A DNA stretch of 64,000 nt from Naegleria gruberi. Its lineage: Eukaryota. This document shows, one piece after another, positions 1 to 8,469 of this stretch. The first letter of the stretch is position 1; each line of letters starts with the position of its first letter. Location of the stretch: assembly GCA_000004985.1 (NCBI GenBank), contig GG738918.1, one strand, 5' to 3'. Both the position numbers and the translations under genes were made by a program. The notes beneath the pieces were generated by a model. It saw only the letters and a program-made list of their open reading frames with translations, was not told where the DNA came from and did not search any database.

Positions 1-943
1 ATTTAATTTTACAATTCCATTTAATTCTTTAATACCATTTCTATATAATGATGGTGTATATACTTTAATTGCATAAAATAATGCAATATCACCCATCTAT
101 TAAAATTAAATAAAATTTACAAATAAAATATATTAAAACAATAATATATTAATTAAAAACATACCAATGTTAAATAAGGAGGTGCAAATATTTCATTTGT
201 ATTAAATTGATTAAATAAATTAATAGAAGTATTCCAATAATCAAGTGATTTAACATTATATGGAATGTATGCATTTGGATTTTGCCAAATAAAGGAATTA
301 CTTGTTTTATTCATTAAATATAAATTATAACCTGGCCAATTATTAACTTGTTGACCATATAATAAATCTATTTTTGAACCAGTACCTCTTTCAATATAAG
401 TATTAATAGATGAATATGGAAATGCTAAATAATATCCAATTGAAGTAGGTTTATAATTTACATATTTGGAATATAAATATTCTTTCATAAATGTTAAATT
501 AGAAAATGGTAATAAATCATTATTATATTCATCTGCTAATGTTTTACCTATTTGTTGATATGGTATTAATTGATTATCAATAAATTGAATTACTTTATAT
601 TTTGCGTCTATTAATAAAAGGTTACAATAGTTTACAATAAAAATATTACAAAAAAATAATAAAACATACTTGATAGTAATTCTCTTGTTAAATAATTAAT
701 AGCATTTGATGAACCAATAAAAGAAGCTAACCAAACCATTGAACAACAAATTAATATTAATAGAACAATTAATATTATAATAACAAGTCTTAATGATAGA
801 AATTTAGATAGAAATGATTTTCTACCATTATTATTTGATAAAAGTGTTTCATTCTCTTCATCAATTTGATTAGTTATAGTTGCATCATTCTCATTTCCAT
901 TATTATTATTATTCGTATTGGATTCATATTTCTTTAGAGTCAT
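1..943 (-). CDS. multi-pass membrane protein, 5' portion of a gene that continues beyond the window start; three exons in the window (670..943, 165..607, 1..96) with introns 608..669 and 97..164
   Basis: Exon 670..943 begins at the ATG at 943 and encodes an Asn-rich N-terminus plus a hydrophobic TM helix (LVIIILIVLLILICCSMVWLASFIG). GTATGT..AG introns of 62 and 68 nt join the 103-aa and 111-aa ORFs and a further frame running to position 1. No family recognised. Confidence 0.5.
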
Positions 944-1669
944 TTTTTTTAATTATGAAAAAGATATTAAATGATTGCTTAAATTTCTAAATGTTCATTG
1001 AAATGTTGTAGTGGACACAATGAATGAACATCAATGTCTGTCATCTCTCTTGATTGTTTTACAATGTTGTTGTTGTAGTTTCTAACTATTACTATCAACA
1101 TCAATCAATTTATTCATTATTAATATCTCAAACTCTAAATGATAATGATATTTGAAATTTGTGTTCTAGAACTCTCCTTCTAAATATAGCAATAATAAGC
1201 TCTGCTTTATCTCTAATAATTCCCATTGCTATACAATAGCCAAACTAGCTCCATATCTGTATCCTTTGAAGAAATAATATCATTAATACTACTGTTAGAT
1301 TAATGGAAGAGAAATTGTAAATTTTCATTTATTATTTCTTACTGAAAACAGAGTGAATAGTTGCAGTGGTACTAGTAAGTTTGTGATGGTATTGTTGTGT
1401 TTGAAACTAAATCCATTCTCTGATTCCTTATTTCTCACAGAGAAGAGAGGAGAAATAATTGAAACACCTACACACATATCTTTTCTACACAATCATCAGG
1501 CCCTAGGAACCTATAAGGAGAAAGAAACAGTGTTAAAACTCATTATAATAGTTCTGGATATTAATAAATCTTGCTAAAGAATAATGCCGATTATTCTCTA
1601 AACTAATAAAATCATTTTGATTCAATATTCTGATAGTCAAGGAAATTACATCTAATAAATTTGGTTAAT

Positions 1670-2443
1670 TTACAAATAATTCTTTTCATTGATAATTTCT
1701 TCTATTAAGGCTAGTGTATTCTCTGTATTTAATTTTAATATTTGTAAATCTGATAAATTTAATTTTCTAATTTCATCTCTAGTGAGTGAAATTCTACTCA
1801 CCAACGTTGAATGTTGTAATTTTTCCAATTCTGATATTTTAGCCTTTAAAAGAACATTTTCTCTTTCCTTTTGTGATTCAAAATATGAAACTTCATCCAA
1901 ATCATGAATTAACAATTCAAGTGAATGTTTAATTTCTAATACTTTAGATCCTTTTAAATTACTTGTTATGTTATTAAGGTTAGTAGTATTATTAGTAGTA
2001 GGAGTATTGGCTGTTCTCTCTGGTATATGTAATGAATTTGTTGCTGCATTTTCCATATTGGCAAAACTTTTAGTTTTACGATCCCAAAATTTAATATTTA
2101 CATTTGATGATGTGGCTGAATTATTATTCGGAGAGGTTGATGATGAACCTAGGTGAGCACTATTACTTAATTGAGGTAATTTTGAATCAACATCTTGATT
2201 CAATATATTAGTTTTTGAGGTTTTTTCTCTTCTTTTTAAAGATGAAGATTTAATAGTATTATTATTTTCATCGTCATCATCAGAGTCATCACGTTGATTA
2301 AGGAAATCTTCAAATGTTCTTGGAATGTCCTCACCCACGAAACGTGTTGATTTACCCATACTTGATTTGCATTGTCTAATACTACTGTTGCTGGTACTCA
2401 CAGCTGATTTGGTTGGTGAGGAAGAAGAGGAGGGTATTAACAT
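1670..2443 (-). CDS. hypothetical protein with a Ser/Asn-rich N-terminus, an acidic patch and a C-terminal coiled coil
   Basis: 257-aa ORF. C-terminal heptad-like region (LEIKHSLELLIHDLDEV...LKAKISELEKLQ). No recognisable catalytic motif. Confidence 0.4.
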   Translation of the reverse strand: MLIPSSSSSPTKSAVSTSNSSIRQCKSSMGKSTRFVGEDIPRTFEDFLNQRDDSDDDDENNNTIKSSSLKRREKTSKTNILNQDVDSKLPQLSNSAHLGSSSTSPNNNSATSSNVNIKFWDRKTKSFANMENAATNSLHIPERTANTPTTNNTTNLNNITSNLKGSKVLEIKHSLELLIHDLDEVSYFESQKERENVLLKAKISELEKLQHSTLVSRISLTRDEIRKLNLSDLQILKLNTENTLALIEEIINEKNYL

Positions 2444-2912
2444 TTTTTTTTAAAAGGTGTATAACAATTGCTTGATAAGGGAGTGAATATATTAGGAATT
2501 TCTTGAAGAGTTTAGTCCAATAGCAAAATGATTATTTCTATACAATCATACAACTGAAGTAAGGAAGAACTGAGTTCATTAAAATAATCAAATAGTTGAT
2601 CTGAATATTTCAAAACAATATTGTGAACCATTCAGAAGAGGATGAAGGAATAATTTCCATTGAAAAGCATTCATTTCATAGAGAATTTACGTAAATAAAT
2701 ACAATGTTCATGAGTGAGTCTATTTATTTGAAATGTAATTACACCCTCACGATTGAGTCACATTTGGTTTTTTATGTTCTTCCAATAACTGAACCTGTTG
2801 TTTTTTTAGAGTGTTACCCTATCAGTGTGACATCTCCCAAGGTAATCCTCATTGTTATCTTCTTCCACTTGAAAAAACTCCAATAATATTCCGAAATTAC
2901 AATCAAAAAAAA

Positions 2913-3503
2913 ATGAAACAACAAATTAATAATGTCAATTTGTTATTGATGATCATTGGTTGTTTATTGATTATGATAATGATTGCTGAACATGTCTCTT
3001 CTCAAAGAGTTATTCTCTCCATGACTTCCATCTCTCAAACACCATATCTTTACACTGGTTATTTCACACCTGATGTCAGAAATCAACATTGGAATTGGGT
3101 TGGATCTAATCTTCAAGGAATTACCAATCCATTTTATGGTGAATTATCAATTCCAATTCAAGGATTTGATCCAATCATTTATAGAGGTCATCTTTCTGCT
3201 AATACTAATTTTGTTTCTAATACTTTTCCTTTTGCATTGATGAGTGTTGCAATTACACCAAATTCTTTTAATGGAACATTCTCTATTGAAGGATCAATTC
3301 AATGTGGTGATAATGTTACTGGAGGAGGTGCACTTAGTGGTTTAAGATTTAAAGGAATTACTATAGATGGAAAAAGTGAAAATCATTCTGGAAATTGTTT
3401 TAATTATCAATGTCATTGTGCACAATGTCGTGATTCTGTTACTGTTGCCATGTCTGTTTGTTATCAATCTATTACTCCAAAACCATCATTTTTAGGAAAA
3501 TAA
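2913..3503 (+). CDS. secreted or type II membrane Cys-containing protein
   Basis: ATG at 2913 in an A-run context (aaaaaaaaATG). N-terminal hydrophobic signal/anchor (LLLMIIGCLLIMIMIA), several Cys and N-glycosylation-like sites. The ORF track starts further upstream at 2811, which is probably 5' UTR. Confidence 0.4.
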   Translation: MKQQINNVNLLLMIIGCLLIMIMIAEHVSSQRVILSMTSISQTPYLYTGYFTPDVRNQHWNWVGSNLQGITNPFYGELSIPIQGFDPIIYRGHLSANTNFVSNTFPFALMSVAITPNSFNGTFSIEGSIQCGDNVTGGGALSGLRFKGITIDGKSENHSGNCFNYQCHCAQCRDSVTVAMSVCYQSITPKPSFLGK

Positions 3504-3513
3504 ATTGTTTATT

Positions 3514-6204
3514 TTATCTATCAAAGCTTTTAATTTCCATATTTACTTTTTTATCCAAATTGGTAATTGCTTCTGATATAATTGTTTTTACTAAAAATGG
3601 TTCAAAATATCTACGCATTGTGTTACTATTATTTTTGAATATTACTGAAAAATTATTAATGATATTCTTGGCTTGATCCATTAGATTATTTGTTTTCAAA
3701 TATTGTGCTAAATGTGTACCAATTAAACTTTCCTTTTTAGGTGGTTGTAATGCCGTAATAGATGAAAAAATCAAAGCTCTATCAATCATTTCATCATCGA
3801 GTGAAAACCCACATCGTGAAGAATATCCATTCTGATCTATATAAATATTACTCTTATTTTCTTTAACTTCTAATATACATCTAATAAAATTATCATATAA
3901 AATACTATTTAGTAAATTATTCTTAAATTGTTGAGATTTTAAAAGAGTAAATTCTTGAATGGATGATATTGAAATTTCATTCAATGATTTTGGAATAGTT
4001 ATAAAACCACTTTCTATTCCAATTGGATAATATTTAATTTTACATGAATCATCTTCCATATTTGGAAAATTGTTATCAGTTGTATCATTAAATAATTTTG
4101 AAATTTCCATAAAATTATTAAATAATAATGAATTATGAACAGTTCTTTGATTTTTGTAGGTGAAAAAACGCATTATTATTTCCTCTCCATTACAAAGTTT
4201 AATTTCCAAATTTATAAAATTCACATTTCTACTAATTTGGTGAATTCCTTGTTTAATTTCTTTCATTGTAAATGGCATGAATATTTGATTTTCAATATTC
4301 AAATAATTTTGTTTCATATCATAAAAATAATCCAAAAATAAACATTGATTTCTAATAATTTCAATTTCATTCATATTCATCATTTTCACAAATTTCATTA
4401 ACACTAATTTACAAATAAGGTAATGAGATTCTGATTTGAGTAACCAAAATAATTGATTTCCAAATACTTTAGATTTTATACATCTAGTGATAAGATATTC
4501 TGATAACAATCCATTTTCATTCTCATATTTAATACATTGAATGAGAAACGGTAAAATATAAGAAAATATTTCGTCCTTAGTTTCGTCTAAATATTTGAGT
4601 AGTGTTAATTTTGAAAATATGCCAATTTTAGAAGAGAATAACGTGAATAGTTCCATCACATTATTTGGTTTCTTCCATTTTTCCATGATTTGATTAGCTC
4701 TAAATAGTACCATTGGAGTTTCGAATGAAATTCCAAGCAGAAATGGAACAAAATGTGAAGAATCATTTACATTCCACTTGTTATTTTCTAAAATAGTCTC
4801 CAATTTCAAATCATTTTCATCTTCAATTAAATTTGGTTTTCTATCTAAATAATACTTTACAATACAATCATGAGTAGGAAATTCAATTTCAAGAGAAAGT
4901 TCTGAATTTTTTGTATTTTGTAAAAGTTTAACATTTCCTTGAATTAATTCCAAATTTGAATCAAACACTGAACATTCAAAATAGTTGGGTTTCATAATCT
5001 CAATTCTTTTAAGAATTCCAGTCTCTAAATCTTCTCTATAACAAACAAGTGAAAATTTGATAGAATAGTCACATGAAAATTGTGAAATTTGAGTTTCGAA
5101 TATAATTTCTTCATTCCATTCGAGTGGTATTTCTATATTTTGGAGAGGAATGATTTTAGTGTCGTGAATTTCATTTTTCTTTTCATTTGAAATTATTGAA
5201 CATTCAATTGAAAAGGAAGTGAAATTTCCATATTCGAATAACAAATCCCTAAATGAAAGTCCATGAACTTGTTTTATCACAACACTCATTCTCTTATTAA
5301 AATCAAATGATGATGATGATACAATATTATTATCTATCAATTTTTCATTATTCATTTCAAATTTCTTTTCAAAAATTGAATCAAGAAATGAAATATTACT
5401 TTCAGTCAATTCTCTTTCATTTTCTAAAAGACAATTACAATTCACATAACTAATTTGATTATTATTGACAAGTCCACATAAAATATTTCTATCATTTCTT
5501 GATAATGTCTTGTTATATTTCATGTTTAAATATTTCAATTTAGGAAATGAACTTATAATTGGAATTACATTTCCATTTAGGTAATTATTAGATAGATCTA
5601 ATTTTGTCAAGTTATTACAATTGAATTTTGTAAATAATTGAATAAAATCTTTAGAATAAACTGAACAATCTGGAATTTCCAAATTAGTTAAACTTTCACA
5701 ATCACAAATATTCTCAATTAATTTGAATGAATTGGAAGTTTGAGATCTTAATTTTAAACTTTTCAATTTGAATGGTTTAAATTCTGTGTTGGGGTTTCTA
5801 AATTTCCAAATAGTATCACCTGAAATGGAAAGTTTTACCAAATTAGTCAATTCACATTTTAACAATTCTGAAAAGTTTTCTGTATTTCCATTTATAATAT
5901 TCAATTCTTCCAAATTATTAGAAATTCTTGAAATTTCTTTGAAATTTACAGTACTGTCTATTAGAGAAAGTGATTTCACTGTCAATGGAATTACATTACT
6001 ATTTATAGTAACTCCAACTAATTTCAGTTTTCTCAAATTAGTATAATCCAAATGATATAATTCTATTGTTGAATTGTTTTTACAGCAAATTACTAATGAA
6101 TAAATTTGATGTTTGATAGATTGACCAATTACTTCAACTGCTGAATTAAATTTTACATCAATTGCCAAATTGACCAAATTAGGTAATGTCATTCTACTAT
6201 TCAT
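3514..6204 (-). CDS. leucine-rich-repeat region plus C2-like, helical and PI3K/PI4K-like catalytic-domain-like C-terminal module; apparent pseudokinase
   Basis: Many LxxLxLxxN repeats in the first ~330 aa. Later, FGNQLFWLLKSE resembles the PIK helical/kinase boundary (F.FW.LK.E). KIKYYPIGIESGFITIPKSLNEISISSIQ matches the PI3K pattern L.MLPYGCLS.GD.GLIE.V..S.TI..IQ. Where the DRH catalytic loop and DFG are expected, the sequence reads ENKSN and SSRCGF, and the GDDLRQD box is absent. Confidence 0.55.
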   Translation of the reverse strand: MNSRMTLPNLVNLAIDVKFNSAVEVIGQSIKHQIYSLVICCKNNSTIELYHLDYTNLRKLKLVGVTINSNVIPLTVKSLSLIDSTVNFKEISRISNNLEELNIINGNTENFSELLKCELTNLVKLSISGDTIWKFRNPNTEFKPFKLKSLKLRSQTSNSFKLIENICDCESLTNLEIPDCSVYSKDFIQLFTKFNCNNLTKLDLSNNYLNGNVIPIISSFPKLKYLNMKYNKTLSRNDRNILCGLVNNNQISYVNCNCLLENERELTESNISFLDSIFEKKFEMNNEKLIDNNIVSSSSFDFNKRMSVVIKQVHGLSFRDLLFEYGNFTSFSIECSIISNEKKNEIHDTKIIPLQNIEIPLEWNEEIIFETQISQFSCDYSIKFSLVCYREDLETGILKRIEIMKPNYFECSVFDSNLELIQGNVKLLQNTKNSELSLEIEFPTHDCIVKYYLDRKPNLIEDENDLKLETILENNKWNVNDSSHFVPFLLGISFETPMVLFRANQIMEKWKKPNNVMELFTLFSSKIGIFSKLTLLKYLDETKDEIFSYILPFLIQCIKYENENGLLSEYLITRCIKSKVFGNQLFWLLKSESHYLICKLVLMKFVKMMNMNEIEIIRNQCLFLDYFYDMKQNYLNIENQIFMPFTMKEIKQGIHQISRNVNFINLEIKLCNGEEIIMRFFTYKNQRTVHNSLLFNNFMEISKLFNDTTDNNFPNMEDDSCKIKYYPIGIESGFITIPKSLNEISISSIQEFTLLKSQQFKNNLLNSILYDNFIRCILEVKENKSNIYIDQNGYSSRCGFSLDDEMIDRALIFSSITALQPPKKESLIGTHLAQYLKTNNLMDQAKNIINNFSVIFKNNSNTMRRYFEPFLVKTIISEAITNLDKKVNMEIKSFDR

Positions 6205-6207
6205 CTA

Positions 6208-6681
6208 TTCACTATATATTTTATCATCAATACTAAACAGTGATGAAATATCCAAAGATTTCAACTTGTAAAAATATGTAATAATAATATTTAATCCATA
6301 ATAATCCAATCCACTATTTTCTTTCAATGTTAAACTTTTTAAATTTTCATAAAATTTAAAATTTTTCATAATTTCCAAATCAGCATTTGAAAATGAACCT
6401 GTTAAACTTGAAATCCTATAAAACAATCTATTATTTTGAATAGCAGTTATAAAATTATTGATTGGATCACAATGATGATCTTTACGTGATGAAAATCTTG
6501 AAAATAATTTGTGTTTCTTTTTAATTTCAATTTCAAGTTTGGAAAAAGTTGATGCGAATTTCCACTTCTTACAAGTGTGAGAAATTATTTGGAGAATGAA
6601 TTTGGAGTGGAGAAAGGAAAAGATTTCAACCAACATTTCTGTTGGCAGGTTATTAATAATGAGAGAAGATGTTAGTGACAT
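6208..6681 (-). CDS. F-box domain N-terminal segment; the ORF ends at an in-frame TAG at 6205..6207 and is directly followed by the LRR/PI3K-like ORF
   Basis: N-terminus LPTEMLVEIFSFLHSKFILQIISHTCKKW is a cyclin-like F-box. Leucine-rich repeats (LKSLTLKEN..LKSLDISSLF) begin before the stop. The same frame continues after the single TAG. Confidence 0.6.
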
Positions 6682-7098
6682 TTTCTTTAATATTAAAACG
6701 TGATTTCATATCAATTTCAATTCCAATCATTTACCTAATAAAAATGATCAAATGGGTTTATATTACTCAAGTTAAGGTAATGAATGGCTACGAAGCCATT
6801 TATTTTCTGCGGACATAGATAATGATTACTGAGTTGTTGTCATCATTGGTACCAAATACATTGATGAAGATTTGAATGAATTGAACCTCCGGAGATTGGT
6901 TAAAGCCCTAAAGGTTATTGAATGATAATTTGATTAAAGTTAAATTATGCAATCAAGACTTTTAGTACTTGAGAAATTGATACACTCCAAAAAACTCTTG
7001 GTAGTCACCTTCTTTATTATATATTAGCTATTGGAATTGATTCGCAGTAGAGCTTCTTTTTGAAGTAGATTTATATTTCAGAAATTATGGTTGTTGAT

Positions 7099-7218
7099 GG
7101 CTACGGCCATATCACGATGAATGCACCTCATCCCGTCCGATTTGAGAAGTTAAGTATCGTCGAGCCACATCAGTACTGAGGTTGGAGACAACTTGGGAAC
7201 CTGTGGTGCTGTAGTCTT
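7099..7218 (+). rRNA. 5S ribosomal RNA gene
   Basis: GGCTACGGCCATATCACGATGAATGCACCTCATCCCGTCCGATTTGAGAAGTTAAGTATCGTCGAGCCACATCAGTACTGAGGTTGGAGACAACTTGGGAACCTGTGGTGCTGTAGTCT matches the conserved 5S blocks (ACGGCCATA, CATCCCGTxCGAT, AAGTACT, GGGAAC..GGTGCTGTA), is about 119 nt long, and is followed by a T-run. Confidence 0.85.
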
Positions 7219-7221
7219 TTT
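7217..7221 (+). terminator. RNA polymerase III T-run terminator of the 5S gene
   Basis: TTTTT immediately after ...GCTGTAGTC. Confidence 0.6.
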
Positions 7222-7246
7222 GATTTCATCCCTTGTTAATCAAACC
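7218..7246. repeat. left arm of a ~30-bp inverted repeat flanking the di-ubiquitin-like gene
   Basis: tttgatttcatcccttgttaatcaaacc. Its reverse complement recurs at 8107..8137 (ggtttttgattaacaaggggatgaaatcaaa) with about 27 of 29 positions matching. Confidence 0.6.
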
Positions 7247-7481
7247 ATTAAAACAACTTTTTTCAAAATCAATGAAGTTGCATTCATGGAGTAACATAGT
7301 TGCTCAATTATTACAAAATATGAACCAAATTTGTGTCCAGAAACAAAAATCAGGCCATGCAAGAATTTCTTTGCCGTCAAGAACTACTCTCTAAAAATAC
7401 ATACATCTTAAAACAGGTTAAAAAGAAAAGAATGTTTTGAATATAAGAAAAACAACAAGAAAAAACAAAACAACAATTATA

Positions 7482-7940
7482 ATGCAATTATTTGTCAAGA
7501 CACTCACTGGAAGAACTATCACTTTGGAAGTTGAATCTAATGATTCAATTGAAAATGTGAAAAGAAAGGTACAAGATAAGGAAGGAATTTCACCAGATCA
7601 ACAAAGACTCATCTTTGCTGGTAAACAATTGGAAGATGGCAGAACTATTAATGATTACAACATTCAAAAAGATTCAACACTTCATTTGGTATTGAGATTA
7701 AGAGGAGGAATGCAACTCTTCGTAAAAACCTTAACTGGAAAGACCATTACTATCGAAATGGAATCAAACGACACTGTTGAGAATATGAAACAAAAGATAT
7801 TTGATAAGGAAGGTATTCCTTCAGATCAACAACGTTTGATTTATGCCGGTAAACAATTAGAAGATGGCAGAACTATTAATGATTACAATCTTCAAAAGGA
7901 TTCAACTGTGCATTTAGTATTGAGATTGAGAGGAGGTTAA
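7482..7940 (+). CDS. tandem di-ubiquitin-like protein: two divergent ubiquitin-fold repeats, each ending in RLRGG
   Basis: ATG at 7482 in an A-rich context. Repeat 1 is [76 protein letters not shown]. Repeat 2 is [76 protein letters not shown]. They differ from canonical ubiquitin at about 11 and 16 of 76 positions. K48, K63 and the GG tail are retained. The ORF track's upstream start at 7437 is probably leader. Confidence 0.85.
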   Translation: MQLFVKTLTGRTITLEVESNDSIENVKRKVQDKEGISPDQQRLIFAGKQLEDGRTINDYNIQKDSTLHLVLRLRGGMQLFVKTLTGKTITIEMESNDTVENMKQKIFDKEGIPSDQQRLIYAGKQLEDGRTINDYNLQKDSTVHLVLRLRGG

Positions 7941-8106
7941 ACAACATAGTATCGTAGATTCTCTCAATTATTGTAAATAAATTATACTTTGAATAGTGAA
8001 ATATTGATGTCGTATGGATAAATTGATCACGAGGTTTGCTTGTTAATGAAACTTATTTTAATTACAACTGCAGAAGGAATTTTGAAGCTAGAAATTGATT
8101 GATTTT

Positions 8107-8137
8107 GGTTTTTGATTAACAAGGGGATGAAATCAAA
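8107..8137. repeat. right arm of the inverted repeat (partner of 7218..7246)
   Basis: See left arm. The arms are about 860 bp apart and enclose the 7482..7940 CDS. Confidence 0.6.
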
Positions 8138-8469
8138 CGTACGCAAGATGAATTCGTATCATAATTGAAATCTGCATAAATCTACATCAAGAATGAAGGA
8201 CAAATCTCAGCCAAAACATCCGATCCATTCCAATTTATTAAGCAAAAACTCCATCAACAATTGTTGAGCTCAATCAACAAGTGTCAGTAGACAATAACCA
8301 TAAAGTGGATATTTACAAATGTACTTGATTTGGCGGTCTTATTTCATTGACGGACCATTTTAAAAACAGCGTCGAACCTTTATGCATAACGTTTCAACTC
8401 AGAATATTGGCTTCATCAATAAGAAGCGCAACAATAGCGTATAATAGTCGACAATAATTATCAAACAAA

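Noticed and set aside
1353-1577. 74-aa ORF in the spacer between the first two genes
   Set aside because: No ATG in a good context and no codon bias typical of the neighbouring genes. Likely a chance ORF in intergenic DNA.
6775-6900. Second 5S-like start: gaatggctacgaagccat resembles the 5S 5' end tggctacggccat
   Set aside because: Beyond about 13 nt there is no similarity to the conserved 5S internal blocks. Probably chance or a short remnant.
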